Shown in pieces: positions 35,842-46,404 of a stretch of 64,000 nucleotides of DNA; the stretch's first letter is position 1, and every line of letters starts with the position of its first letter. Origin of the DNA: Thiotrichales bacterium (lineage in GTDB: Bacteria > Pseudomonadota > Gammaproteobacteria > Thiomicrospirales > Thiomicrospiraceae). The notes under the pieces are model-generated. The model was not told the origin of the DNA. It worked only from the letters and a program-made list of their open reading frames with translations, and did not search any database. Both the position numbers and the translations under genes were made by a program. The DNA lies in contig JAFGUG010000067.1 of the NCBI GenBank assembly GCA_016938655.1, forward strand, positions 18,247 through 82,246, written 5' to 3'.

Positions 35842-37149
35842 TCAAATGCGCTCACCACGGCCAACACCAAAGTATCTAAACCCATGCTCCATCAACACAT
35901 CTTTATCATAGATATTACGTCCATCAAACAAAACAGGAGACTTCATCTTTGACTTCATTAAAGCGTAATCTGGACTCCAGAACATTTTCCACTCAGTCAT
36001 CATAAACAGTGCATCTGCATCCTCAAGCGCATCATACATATTCTCAACCAATTCAACACCACCGCCTTGCCAATGTAACGCAAAATCTGGCATCGCTTTA
36101 GGGTCATACACTTTTACTTTGGCGCCTTGAGCCACTAAAGCCTCAATCGTCTTTAAGCTGGGTGCATTTTGTACCGTTGACGTATTGGGTTTAAAAGACA
36201 AGCCCCAAATAGCAATGGTTTTCCCCTTTAAATCGGTATTGAAAAAACGCCAAGCCTTGCGAAAAAGCACCTCTTTTTGAGTTTCATTGTTACTGAGTAC
36301 CGTTTTTAAAAGATCAGCGTCATACCCTTTACTCTCGAGAGTACCCACCAAGTTCTTGACGTCTGAGGCAAAGCTTGGCCCACCAAAGCCACAACCAGGG
36401 TAAAGATAATTAAAACCAATTCGACTGTCCGACCCCAGTCCTTGACGAACCTCTTCCATGTCGATATCAAAATGTTCTGCATTATTCGCCAACTCATTAA
36501 CCAGACTGATTCGAGTAGCCAGCAGAGCGTTGACCGCATATTTTGTATATTCTGCAGCGCGTGTGCTCATCACTTTGAACTGATCCGTAATGCGATTAAA
36601 AGGTCGCATTAGATCTTTTACTCGCTTAATACTCTCTAGATCATGACTTCCCAGAACAATTCTATCTGGCTGAGTAAAGTCATTAATTGCCGACCCTTCA
36701 CTTATAAATTCTGGCATGGCAACAACCGAGACCTTGGCAACTAAACCACGTTCAGCAAAGGCCAACTTCAGTTTTGCCTCAAAACGGTCTGCGGTACCAA
36801 TAGGAAAGGAGCTCTGATTAATGATCAATATTTCGCCACTGGCGTAACGGCCTATTTTCTCAATCACCTCTTCTGCTCGACTTAAACGCCAAGAAGGCAC
36901 GCTTAAAATAAGCACCTGACTGTGCTCAACTCCTTTTCGCCAATCCTCTTGAAAACACAGACTCTTATGCTCTAGTTGATTTTTTATTAAGCGCTTTAAT
37001 CCTGGCTCATTTCTGGGCATCTTGCCTTTGGACAACTCTTCTACTTTTGCATTACCAATTGGCAAGGCAATGACTTGATTACCCGTTTGCGCCAATGCAC
37101 CTGCGGTTACCAAACCACTTAACTCACAACCAAATACTGATACATTCAT
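35842..37149 (-). CDS. ugd: UDP-glucose/GDP-mannose dehydrogenase family protein with degenerate motifs
   Basis: PEFISEGSA, PDRIVLG, KYAVNA, DSRIG, GLSFKPNT and FDGRNI motifs; GCELSG and GFGGPSF replace the canonical motifs. Confidence 0.85.
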   Translation of the reverse strand: MNVSVFGCELSGLVTAGALAQTGNQVIALPIGNAKVEELSKGKMPRNEPGLKRLIKNQLEHKSLCFQEDWRKGVEHSQVLILSVPSWRLSRAEEVIEKIGRYASGEILIINQSSFPIGTADRFEAKLKLAFAERGLVAKVSVVAMPEFISEGSAINDFTQPDRIVLGSHDLESIKRVKDLMRPFNRITDQFKVMSTRAAEYTKYAVNALLATRISLVNELANNAEHFDIDMEEVRQGLGSDSRIGFNYLYPGCGFGGPSFASDVKNLVGTLESKGYDADLLKTVLSNNETQKEVLFRKAWRFFNTDLKGKTIAIWGLSFKPNTSTVQNAPSLKTIEALVAQGAKVKVYDPKAMPDFALHWQGGGVELVENMYDALEDADALFMMTEWKMFWSPDYALMKSKMKSPVLFDGRNIYDKDVLMEHGFRYFGVGRGERI

Positions 37150-38778
37150 TTATATCACCCTCTTAATAAGGCCTTGAGTGGAAGCATCAAACTCCTCAGC
37201 CTTCTTTGTATCTTTTATCGCAGCATGCGTCTCTTTAGCAATCAACTTACCGAGCTCAACCCCCCACTGATCAAAAGGGTTAATCTCCCAAATAACCGAT
37301 TCCACAAATGTTTTGTGCTCATAAAGCGCCACAAGCATGCCCATTGTTTTTGCTGAAATACTCTTCAAGAGAATAGTATTCGAGGGCTGGTTACCTGGAT
37401 AATGCTTAAATGGAGAATCAAACTGTGCTTTGATTGCATCCGGGATGGCTGCGTCACCAAGCATTAACACACGAGATTGCGCAAAACAATTGGCCAACGC
37501 TAATTCGTGCTGGTAACGCAAACTCCCTTCTTTTTCAGTTAACCCATGGGCATCGAAGTCATCACGCTCAACAGGGGCAATAAAATCACACATTACAGGT
37601 TGTGTACCCTGATGAAGAAGTTGATAGAAAGCGTGTTGTGCATTAGGCCCCACTTCACCCCATAAAATCGGACACGTTTTATATGCAACCTTTTCGCCTG
37701 AACGGTTCACAGACTTGCCGTTACTTTCCATAACCAACTGTTCAAAATAAGAGGGCAAATATTTTAGGCGAGCATCGTAAGGCAAGATTGCCTTGGCATG
37801 AATACCCAGAAAGTTGATATTCCAAACATCAATCAGCCCCATAAGCACTGGAATATTTCTTGAAAGAGGTGCTTCTCCGAAATGCTTATCCATAACAGAC
37901 GCACCCTCGAGCATCTCTCTAAAACCTGACATACCAATCTGGAGGGCTATTGGCAAACCAATCGTTGACCACATCGAGTAGCGCCCTCCAACCCAATCCC
38001 AAAACACGAGTTGATTATCCTTCGGAATCCCCCATTCGCTCATCATATCCGGCTTGGTTGAAACGCCAATAAAGTGTTGGGATAGTAACGTATCCGCATC
38101 GTCTACAACCTCAGCCAACCAATCCTTTGCTGTTTCTGCGTTTGAAAGTGTATCAATGGTTGTAAACGACTTCGAAGCTAAAAGAAAAAGGGTCGTTTCT
38201 TGATTAAGGTTTTTTAAAATATTTGAAGTTTGAGTTCCATCAATTGACGAAATAAAATGCAAATTGATAGGCGACTTAATGGTCTGCAGGGCATTGGTCA
38301 TCATTAGAGGCCCTAAATCTGACCCCCCTACGCCAATATTAACAACATCAGTAATCGGTTTTCCACTAAAGCCTCGCCAATGTCCCGAACGTATTTTTTC
38401 AACAATTAAGGACATTTTTTTAAATTCAGTTTCAATTTGAACTTGAACGTCTTTAGCCTTACCTTTGACGTTAGCTCCCCCTGCTCTGAGGGCTGCATGC
38501 ATTGCAGAACGGTGTTCGGTATCGTTAACTTCCTCACCACTTAATAGCTTTTCTATCCAGTTTGGAAGCTGTTGCTGAGTGGCTAAATCAAGTAACAATT
38601 CAAGCGTTTGATCCGTTATTCTATTCTTTGAATAATCTAAGAACATCTCCTCAAGATCAATTGAAAAACGTTCACTTCTAGACTCATCTTTAAACAAATC
38701 CATTAACTTTTGCGAAGATGCCCCTGCATTACTATGCTCCAATAACGCCTTCCAAGCACTTGACTTTTCAACACCCAT
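37150..38778 (-). CDS. pgi: Glucose-6-phosphate isomerase
   Basis: GVGGSDLGP, SKSFTT, VGGRYS, MESNGK and FDQWGVELGK motifs. Start uncertain (38778 or 38793). Confidence 0.96.
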   Translation of the reverse strand: MGVEKSSAWKALLEHSNAGASSQKLMDLFKDESRSERFSIDLEEMFLDYSKNRITDQTLELLLDLATQQQLPNWIEKLLSGEEVNDTEHRSAMHAALRAGGANVKGKAKDVQVQIETEFKKMSLIVEKIRSGHWRGFSGKPITDVVNIGVGGSDLGPLMMTNALQTIKSPINLHFISSIDGTQTSNILKNLNQETTLFLLASKSFTTIDTLSNAETAKDWLAEVVDDADTLLSQHFIGVSTKPDMMSEWGIPKDNQLVFWDWVGGRYSMWSTIGLPIALQIGMSGFREMLEGASVMDKHFGEAPLSRNIPVLMGLIDVWNINFLGIHAKAILPYDARLKYLPSYFEQLVMESNGKSVNRSGEKVAYKTCPILWGEVGPNAQHAFYQLLHQGTQPVMCDFIAPVERDDFDAHGLTEKEGSLRYQHELALANCFAQSRVLMLGDAAIPDAIKAQFDSPFKHYPGNQPSNTILLKSISAKTMGMLVALYEHKTFVESVIWEINPFDQWGVELGKLIAKETHAAIKDTKKAEEFDASTQGLIKRVI

Positions 38779-38817
38779 AAACAATCCTTTCAATCAATTA
38801 ACTATGTACAAACGAAC

Positions 38818-39702
38818 CTAGATCTCTTTAGTTTCAAGAGCATCAAGATAAGCCTTAAAGTCCTCACCCAATTTTGCATCGCGCAAAGCATATTCAACGT
38901 TTGCCTGTAAATAACCAAGCTTATCACCACAATCGTAACTTTTACCGCCCTTAAACTCAAAACCGAACATAACTTCTTCTTTCAATAAATCATCCATAGC
39001 ATCCGTTAACTGTATTTCACCACCGGCACCTGGTTTAGTGTGTTTCAAAAGCTCCATCACACGTGGGGTAAAAATATAACGGCCTACAACTGACAAATTC
39101 GATGGCGCCTCTTCTATAGAAGGTTTTTCAACTAATTCAGTAATCCTTAAATCTGGCCCTTTAACATCAGCAATACCATATTTTTCAACCTGATCTTGTG
39201 GAACTTCTTCAAGGGCAACCACACTAGTATGAACCTTTTCATAAGTTTCAGCCATTTGTGCTAAACAACCTTTAACAGGATGGTGCATCAACACATCAGG
39301 CAGAAGAACCGCAAAAGGCTCATTTTCAGCAATAATTGGCGCCGCACACAAAATTGCATGACCTAAACCAAGCGCTTCAGGCTGACGTACGCTTACGATT
39401 CTAACGCCCTTAGGTGTAATTTCATTAAGCGGCACCATTCGATCCATCTTACCTCTTAACTCAAGTTCTTTTTCAAGCTCATAATGCTTGTCAAAATGAT
39501 TTTCGATAGCACCTTTACTTGAGTGGGTTACAAGGATAATGTCGGTAATTCCCGCTTCAGCTGCTTCATGAATAATATATTGAATAAGTGGCTTATCAAC
39601 CACTGTCAGCATCTCTTTAGGAATGGCTTTCGTTGCAGGTAAAAAACGAGTACCTAAACCGGCTACGGGTAAAATTGCTTTTGTTAGGGGCTTGTAAGAC
39701 AT
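38818..39702 (-). CDS. galU: UTP--glucose-1-phosphate uridylyltransferase
   Basis: PVAGLGTRFLPATKAIPKEML, LGLGHA and EIQLTDA motifs. Confidence 0.97.
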   Translation of the reverse strand: MSYKPLTKAILPVAGLGTRFLPATKAIPKEMLTVVDKPLIQYIIHEAAEAGITDIILVTHSSKGAIENHFDKHYELEKELELRGKMDRMVPLNEITPKGVRIVSVRQPEALGLGHAILCAAPIIAENEPFAVLLPDVLMHHPVKGCLAQMAETYEKVHTSVVALEEVPQDQVEKYGIADVKGPDLRITELVEKPSIEEAPSNLSVVGRYIFTPRVMELLKHTKPGAGGEIQLTDAMDDLLKEEVMFGFEFKGGKSYDCGDKLGYLQANVEYALRDAKLGEDFKAYLDALETKEI

Positions 39703-39895
39703 ACTATCTCTCTTTAGAAAACATACATACTGGGTGATAAATACAATTTAAAACAAATTAAGTTAAAATTAATAATGAACCTCTCTGATTTAATTTGATG
39801 AGAGTTCATTTTTAAATTAATTGCATTTACTGCGTGACTCCACTGCATCGTGGAAATGTTATAAGGCATGATACTCAAAATCACTTAAAAACCCA

Positions 39896-41341
39896 ATGAC
39901 TGTCAATCAAATAAACCATTTTTTTTCCCATTCAGAACGCATCAGAAAAGCGATGCCCATGTTATTGCTCGCAATCTTTCTTTGCTTTTCAAACGTCCAA
40001 GCAAACAATAAAATAAATAACTATACAAGTGATACCCAAGAAGCACTTGGACAAGCCTTCATTAATCACCTTCATCAACGTTATGACATCATTCAAGACC
40101 CAGAGATCAACACTTACATTCGCAACATCGGCAACAAAATAGTCCAACAAACCAACAGCCAAAAAAACTTTCGTTTCTACGTCATAAACAACCCAAGTAT
40201 TAATGCGTTTGCTGGTCCAGATGGCGTCATTGGAATCCATACTGGTTTAATCACCTCAGTGGCCAACGAGGATGAACTAGCATCTGTTATTGCACATGAG
40301 ATTGCTCATGTGACGCAAGAGCATTTGTACAGAAGAATGGTCATGCAATCCGAATCTACATTGCCACAGATAGCCTCAATGATCGCGGCCATACTAATTG
40401 GCATGCATGACACAAATGCTGGTATGGCCACCTTACTGAGCTCCAACGCTTATCAAATAGAACAACAGCTAAAATACTCCAGACTACATGAATATGAAGC
40501 AGATTTTGCAGGCATAAACTATTTAAGCCTAAGTGGTTATGACCCCCATGCCATGCCAGATTTTTTTGAAAAACTTGCAAAAAGTTACCAACACCAAGGA
40601 ATGAATGCACCAGAAATTCTAAGAACACACCCGCTAACTGAAAATAGACTGGCCAAAGCACAAGCCAGAGCAGCGTCACTTGGTAACAACAATGATATAA
40701 ATCAAGGGAACGATACACTTACACTAATACAAATGCGGCTTGGTAAAATCTATGGGCTATACACACCCACATTAATTGACAACAATAGCTATGAAAAAAA
40801 ATGCTACTCTGCCGCACTTGACGACCTAAATAATAAAAAGGTAAAAATTGAAAACATAACCTGTCTTGAAAACATGATGACTAACGAAGTCAAAAACCCA
40901 CTTTACCACTCCATCTACTTAGAACTACTAACTCAATTAGACCCACTAAATACCGACTATAAAATGAAAAAAGATCCTCTTTTTTCATACGAACTTTTTC
41001 CTACAAATGAAAGCATTGCCATTCGCTACGCTGAGTTATTAATCAAGCAAAAAAAGAGAGACCAAGCCGTTAGATTATTGGAAAAATTCTCAGATTCAAC
41101 CATATACAAAAGCAAAGCAGAATCTTTAATAAGCAAGACCTACATGGAGATGGACAAAACGGCGTATTCATACTTCCATTTAGCGCTTGCACAACTAAAT
41201 ACAGGGGACTTTAGAAGGGCCGCAATCTTTACCCAGAAGGCAAAATCAGCCCTTACAACGGAGGAGAATATACTAAAAGGAAAAGTAGAAAAACTGGAAG
41301 ATGAACTGGACAAAACATTGAAAAATCTTAATGATGGATAA
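39896..41341 (+). CDS. Periplasmic M48 metalloprotease, BepA/YfgC-like
   Basis: INAFAGPDG, AHEIAH, EYEAD, LRTHP motifs and a TPR-like C-terminus. True start may lie further downstream. Confidence 0.88.
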   Translation: MTVNQINHFFSHSERIRKAMPMLLLAIFLCFSNVQANNKINNYTSDTQEALGQAFINHLHQRYDIIQDPEINTYIRNIGNKIVQQTNSQKNFRFYVINNPSINAFAGPDGVIGIHTGLITSVANEDELASVIAHEIAHVTQEHLYRRMVMQSESTLPQIASMIAAILIGMHDTNAGMATLLSSNAYQIEQQLKYSRLHEYEADFAGINYLSLSGYDPHAMPDFFEKLAKSYQHQGMNAPEILRTHPLTENRLAKAQARAASLGNNNDINQGNDTLTLIQMRLGKIYGLYTPTLIDNNSYEKKCYSAALDDLNNKKVKIENITCLENMMTNEVKNPLYHSIYLELLTQLDPLNTDYKMKKDPLFSYELFPTNESIAIRYAELLIKQKKRDQAVRLLEKFSDSTIYKSKAESLISKTYMEMDKTAYSYFHLALAQLNTGDFRRAAIFTQKAKSALTTEENILKGKVEKLEDELDKTLKNLNDG

Positions 41342-41527
41342 AGCATGACTTTTGCCATAAGATTTTATAAAGAACCAATTAAATATTACTATAGCGAAAT
41401 ACTTCAAAAAACTTGCGTTTAATTTTTTAAGAAGTAAGCTAAGTCACCAAGAGCATAACTTGTTCAGTATCAAAATCCCAAACATATAATAAAATGGGAA
41501 ATGAATGACTCTTTAGGAGGAGACAGA

Positions 41528-41899
41528 ATGGTAAACATGAAGAAATTGTTAACAGCTTTAGCGATCTCATCAGCTGTAATGGTAGCGCCTGTAGCATCAA
41601 ATGCTGCAGACGCAGGTGCCAATTCCGTTGAAGAAGGCAAAAAACTCGCTTACAGTCGTGCAAAAGGCAACTGCCTTGCTTGTCACGCTGCTGGTGAGGG
41701 TGCGATGGCAGGTAACATTGGTCCTACATTAATTGCAATGAAACTACGTTACCCTGACAGACAAAAACTGTTTGACAAACTTTGGGGCACACCTGAAACA
41801 CGTAATGTCCCTAATAGCATGATGCCAGCATTTGGGGCACATGGTATTCTTACAGATGAAGAAATCGATAAGATCGTCGATTATTTGTTAACTCTGTAA
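41528..41899 (+). CDS. soxX: Sulfur oxidation c-type cytochrome SoxX
   Basis: KGNCLACH, GNIGP and SMMPAFG motifs; AGGAGG RBS before ATG 41528. Confidence 0.96.
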   Translation: MVNMKKLLTALAISSAVMVAPVASNAADAGANSVEEGKKLAYSRAKGNCLACHAAGEGAMAGNIGPTLIAMKLRYPDRQKLFDKLWGTPETRNVPNSMMPAFGAHGILTDEEIDKIVDYLLTL

Positions 41900-41941
41900 A
41901 TTTTATTTTAACTAAACCTCAAATCGGGAGTTTAAAACCTT

Positions 41942-42409
41942 ATGAAACGTAGATCTTTCCTTAAAGGTACACTAGCAACTGGTGCAGCAGCTGTAGCTGT
42001 AAACGCTGGTCTATTAACACCAAGCACTGTATTAGCTGCTTGGAACAAAGAAGCATTCACTGCTAAGAGCACAGACGCAGCATTAACTGGTGTTTACGGT
42101 TCTTCTGCTACTGCAGCTTCTGGAGACATCCAATTAAAAGCTCCTGCTATCGCTGAAAACGGTGCTGTAACTCCGGTTACTGTTGACGCTACTGGAATGG
42201 CTGGTGTTGAATCTATCGCTATCTTAGCAAGCAAAAACCCAATCCCTCTAGTTGCTACTTACGCATTCTCTGGTGCTGGACTTGGTTTTGCTTCTACCCG
42301 TATCAAAATGGGTGAGACAATGAATGTTATTGCCGTTGTTAAAGCTGGTGGCAAACTATACAAAGCAGAACAAGAAGTTAAAGTAACTATCGGTGGATGT
42401 GGCGGTTAA
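41942..42409 (+). CDS. soxY: Thiosulfate carrier protein SoxY
   Basis: Tat signal (KRRSFLK), APAIAENG, C-terminal VKVTIGGCGG. Confidence 0.99.
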   Translation: MKRRSFLKGTLATGAAAVAVNAGLLTPSTVLAAWNKEAFTAKSTDAALTGVYGSSATAASGDIQLKAPAIAENGAVTPVTVDATGMAGVESIAILASKNPIPLVATYAFSGAGLGFASTRIKMGETMNVIAVVKAGGKLYKAEQEVKVTIGGCGG

Positions 42410-42468
42410 TCGCCCCTTAAATTTTGTTTAAAAACATTGACACTGAATAATTATTAAAAGGAAATAAC

Positions 42469-42780
42469 ATGTCTATCAAAATTAGAATGCGTGGTAAATC
42501 AGTAGGTGGCGTTGCAGAAATTAAGGCGCTAATCAAACACCCTATGGAATCTGGTGTTCGCATGAACAAAAAAACTGGAAAGCCATTTCCAGCTCTATTC
42601 ATCGACACAGTAACAGTAACTGTTAACGGTGCTGCTGCAGTAGATTCACAATGGTCTGGTGCGGTTTCTGCAAACCCTTACATGGCTATTCAAGTAAAAG
42701 CTAACGCTGGAGACGAAGTTAAACTAGTTTTGACTGATAACTCTGGTGCTACTGGTGAAGAAGTACTTAAATTAAAATAA
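42469..42780 (+). CDS. soxZ: Thiosulfate carrier complex protein SoxZ
   Basis: HPMESG and VSANPY motifs; follows soxY. Confidence 0.97.
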   Translation: MSIKIRMRGKSVGGVAEIKALIKHPMESGVRMNKKTGKPFPALFIDTVTVTVNGAAAVDSQWSGAVSANPYMAIQVKANAGDEVKLVLTDNSGATGEEVLKLK

Positions 42781-42874
42781 TTTAAGCTTGTTCGTACTCA
42801 CTGTTTATCAGTGAGTACACCCCAAATAATATAATAATATAAGAAATATCAGAGCTCTCGGACGGAGGATTGGA

Positions 42875-43705
42875 ATGAACATGAAACTGCTAATCGCCTT
42901 ATCATTAGGTGTATCAGTAGCTGCCACCTCAGCAATGGCATCAACTGTGGATCCTGAAACAGATCGCCAACAATTGGTTGATTTTTTCAAAGCAAAAAAT
43001 CCAAAAATATCATTTGAAGCGTATGCAAATGGTGCATACATCTATTCAGATGAACTTATGGCTCAATGGGAATCAGCCGAAGAATTCCCTCCCTATTTAG
43101 ATTCAATTGACGCGGGTGAAGCCGCTTGGAACAAGGACAAAGCGGTATTTGAAAAATGCTTTGGTTCAGACCTAACTAAGATTAGACCAAAATACCCACT
43201 TTTCGACGAAGCTACTCAACAAGTAGTAACGCTTGAAGGTGCAATCAACAAGTGTCGCACTGATGCGGGCTTGGAAGCTTACAAGTGGAAAAAAGGAACT
43301 ATTGCTCAAGTTAGTGGTTTCTTAGCCTATAGCAGTCGTGGTGAAAAGATTAATGTTGTTGCATTAAGTGAAGGTGCTAAAAAAGCTTACAACGAAGGTC
43401 GTGACTTTTATCTGACTCCTCGTGGACAGCTTGGACTTTCTTGTGCTAAATGTCACACATACAACTCAGGTCGTTTAGCCCGTGCTGATATGTTGTCACC
43501 TCAGCTAGGCCACACGTCTCACTTCCCAGTGTTCCGTGCTAAATGGCAAGAGCTTGGTACATTACACCGTCGATATGGCGGATGTAACCAAAACATGCGT
43601 GCAACACCATTTAAAGCGCAGAGTGAAGAATATCGTAACCTAGAGTTCTTCCAAGCGTACATTTCTAACGGAATGGAAATCAACGGACCAGGTTACAGAA
43701 AATAA
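42875..43705 (+). CDS. soxA: Sulfur oxidation c-type cytochrome SoxA
   Basis: RGQLGLSCAKCH, HFPVFRAKW, RRYGGC and GPGYRK motifs; a single intact CxxCH. Confidence 0.97.
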   Translation: MNMKLLIALSLGVSVAATSAMASTVDPETDRQQLVDFFKAKNPKISFEAYANGAYIYSDELMAQWESAEEFPPYLDSIDAGEAAWNKDKAVFEKCFGSDLTKIRPKYPLFDEATQQVVTLEGAINKCRTDAGLEAYKWKKGTIAQVSGFLAYSSRGEKINVVALSEGAKKAYNEGRDFYLTPRGQLGLSCAKCHTYNSGRLARADMLSPQLGHTSHFPVFRAKWQELGTLHRRYGGCNQNMRATPFKAQSEEYRNLEFFQAYISNGMEINGPGYRK

Positions 43706-43724
43706 TTTGATTTGTTGATGCTTT

Positions 43725-43753
43725 AAAAAAACCCGGAAATTCCGGGTTTTTTT
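43725..43753 (+). terminator. Terminator of soxXYZA
   Basis: AAAAAAACCCGGAA-A-TTCCGGGTTTTTTT. Confidence 0.9.
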
Positions 43754-43836
43754 ATATCTGAAACTTTTAATCTACAAAATTAAAACACAAAAAAACCGGC
43801 ATTGAAGCCGGCTTTAAAATCAAACAAGATTGATGA

Positions 43837-44238
43837 TTAATCTAAATCAATCATTTGCTCGCCTTCATAGATCCAATCAAACCCATCTCTAACCCATTTC
43901 TCAATGCGCATTAATAGCTCTGGATCATTCAAACCCATCTTTTGAGCAATCATAAAGACCTTATCTTGCTCTTCTTTTCCAAAGTGACCATCTTTGTATG
44001 AAATTTTAATGAGCTCCTGAAGCGTGATAATACGTGACGCCTTAGTGTCTAAATCCGCTATTAAATCACTTATACTAATATCCGTTTTATCTAAATCAAA
44101 TTCAATACCATATGCATCACTAAAGTCTTTAAGGTACTGAACTTCTTCTTCTGAAACATCATTATCCGCTGCAGCGATATGCGCAGCTAGATCGAAAACA
44201 ACTTCACGTTGCTTTTGACTTAATCGATCTGAAAACAT
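43837..44238 (-). CDS. TerB/DjlA-N-like protein
   Basis: IAAADNDVSEEE and ISYKDGHFGKEE repeated TerB-type motifs. Confidence 0.75.
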   Translation of the reverse strand: MFSDRLSQKQREVVFDLAAHIAAADNDVSEEEVQYLKDFSDAYGIEFDLDKTDISISDLIADLDTKASRIITLQELIKISYKDGHFGKEEQDKVFMIAQKMGLNDPELLMRIEKWVRDGFDWIYEGEQMIDLD

Positions 44239-44256
44239 TCTTATATCCCCTAACTT

Positions 44257-46167
44257 TTATTTATGTTCAATTTGATCAACGTTTCTGACTGCACCATAAG
44301 CGGCACTGGTTGTCATCGCTGCATAGGCTCTTAAAGCAGGTGAAATCTTGCGCTCTCTTGGTAGCTCAGGCTTCCAAGCATGCGATTTACCTTTTGCTTC
44401 CATAGCTTCTCTTCGGAGTAGAAACTCTGCATCTGAGACAAGCGCATTAATCGTTCTATTTGGAATATCAATTTCAATGATATCGCCTTCATTGACCAGT
44501 CCAATATTTCCGCCTTCTGCGGCTTCTGGTGAAGCATGACCAATAGAAAGTCCAGATGTTCCACCTGAAAATCGACCATCTGTTAGGAGCGCACAATACT
44601 TACCCAACCCTTTTGACTTAAGGTAGCTGGTTGGATACAACATCTCTTGCATTCCCGGACCGCCTTTAGGCCCTTCATAACGAATCAAGACCACGTCGCC
44701 CTTATTGATCTTATCGCCTAAAATTGCCTCAACAGCGGCATCTTGGCTCTCGTAAATTCTTGCAGGTCCGCTAAAAACTCGAATCGTTGACGTTGGGATG
44801 CTGGTTGTATACTCAAGCGTATTGAGCTCCATCATGCTTTCATCAATACCCGCTGTTTTAACAATACAGCCATCCTGGGCAATGTTACCTTTAAGAACTG
44901 CAAGCCCACCATCTTGGGTATATGCGTGCTCAATTGAACGAATACACCCCTTCTCAGCATCAATATCAACGTCCTTCCAGCGCTTGGACTGACTGAATGC
45001 TTGTGTTGTTCTAACATTCCCAGGTGCCGCTCTGAAGAAAGTAGCAACCGCTTCATCATCATTACGACTAATATCCCAAAGATCAATCGCCGCACCAATA
45101 GATGAGGCATGAACCGTATGCGCTTCCGAGTTTATTAAACCCCCTCTTTGAAGCTCACCTAAAATTCTAAAAATTCCGCCTGCACGGTGAACATCTTCCA
45201 TGTGGAAAATTTTAGAGTTCGGTGCAACCTTAACCAAACAAGGCACTTTACGAGATATCTCATCCATGTCCTGCATGTTAAATTCGACTTTTGCTTCATG
45301 GGCAATCGCAAGTAAATGCAAAACCGTATTCGTTGACCCCCCCATAGCCACATCTAAAGCCATGGCATTCTGAAACGCTTCGTAAGTTGCTATTGAGCGT
45401 GGTAAAACGCGTTCATCATCTTGCTCGTAATACTGCTTGGTAATTTCTACAATTCTACGTCCCGCTTCTTCAAACAAGTTCTTACGGTCTGCGTGGGTTG
45501 CTAAGGTTGTTCCGTTTCCTGGAAGCGCCATACCCAATGCTTCAGCCAAACAGTTCATTGAGTTTGCCGTGAACATCCCCGAACAAGAACCGCAAGTAGG
45601 ACAAGCGGATATTTCTACGTCATCAACTTCTTGATCGGTTCTTGCATCGTCGGCCGCCATAACCATCGCATCGACCAAGTCCAACTTAATATTCACCCCC
45701 CCTAAAACCGTTTTACCCGATTCCATTGGACCACCGGTTACAAAAATGGTCGGGATATTAAGACGCATAGCGGCCATCATCATCCCGGGAGTGATCTTGT
45801 CACAGTTAGAGATACAAACTAAGGCATCCGCACAATGGGCATTAACCATGTACTCAACCGAATCTGCAATCAGATCACGAGACGGCAATGAGTACAACAT
45901 GCCATCGTGGCCCATCGCAATTCCATCATCGACGGCAATCGTATTAAATTCTTTAGCAACCCCACCACTTTTCTCAATAACGCCGGCAACCAGTTGTCCC
46001 ATATCTTTTAAATGCACGTGGCCAGGTACAAATTGGGTAAACGAGTTAGCGATCGCAATAATTGGCTTACCAAAATCTTGTGTTTCCATTCCGGTTGCGC
46101 GCCATAATGCGCGCGCACCTGCCATGTTACGGCCATGTGTGCTGGTTCTTGAACGATACTGAGGCAT
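44257..46167 (-). CDS. ilvD: Dihydroxy-acid dehydratase
   Basis: [32 protein letters not shown] and TDGRFSGG motifs. Confidence 0.98.
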   Translation of the reverse strand: MPQYRSRTSTHGRNMAGARALWRATGMETQDFGKPIIAIANSFTQFVPGHVHLKDMGQLVAGVIEKSGGVAKEFNTIAVDDGIAMGHDGMLYSLPSRDLIADSVEYMVNAHCADALVCISNCDKITPGMMMAAMRLNIPTIFVTGGPMESGKTVLGGVNIKLDLVDAMVMAADDARTDQEVDDVEISACPTCGSCSGMFTANSMNCLAEALGMALPGNGTTLATHADRKNLFEEAGRRIVEITKQYYEQDDERVLPRSIATYEAFQNAMALDVAMGGSTNTVLHLLAIAHEAKVEFNMQDMDEISRKVPCLVKVAPNSKIFHMEDVHRAGGIFRILGELQRGGLINSEAHTVHASSIGAAIDLWDISRNDDEAVATFFRAAPGNVRTTQAFSQSKRWKDVDIDAEKGCIRSIEHAYTQDGGLAVLKGNIAQDGCIVKTAGIDESMMELNTLEYTTSIPTSTIRVFSGPARIYESQDAAVEAILGDKINKGDVVLIRYEGPKGGPGMQEMLYPTSYLKSKGLGKYCALLTDGRFSGGTSGLSIGHASPEAAEGGNIGLVNEGDIIEIDIPNRTINALVSDAEFLLRREAMEAKGKSHAWKPELPRERKISPALRAYAAMTTSAAYGAVRNVDQIEHK

Positions 46168-46404
46168 TAAAAAACTCCTTAAAAGCCAGCAATGATTCTA
46201 CATTCATTGTTTGGCTGTTATACTTACAAAAAATTATTTGCTTTATTTTCGCATATATACGGCTTTTAGGATAGAAACCACCGATTTTTTTATTTAAAAG
46301 AGCAACGCCTAATTAAGGGGTTACCTCTGGCTTTAAAGCGTATGAAATGCGAAACCGTGCAATACCTAAAATTCACTGACAATTTCTATTAGATTGGCGC
46401 CTAA

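Noticed and set aside
39774-39810. Imperfect inverted repeat between the divergent galU and M48 protease genes
   Set aside because: AT-rich, single occurrence and no recognisable consensus; a function cannot be supported.
41528-43705. soxXYZA without soxB and soxCD as a novel truncated Sox system
   Set aside because: Split sox clusters are established for Thiomicrospira-group genomes; the other genes are probably elsewhere.
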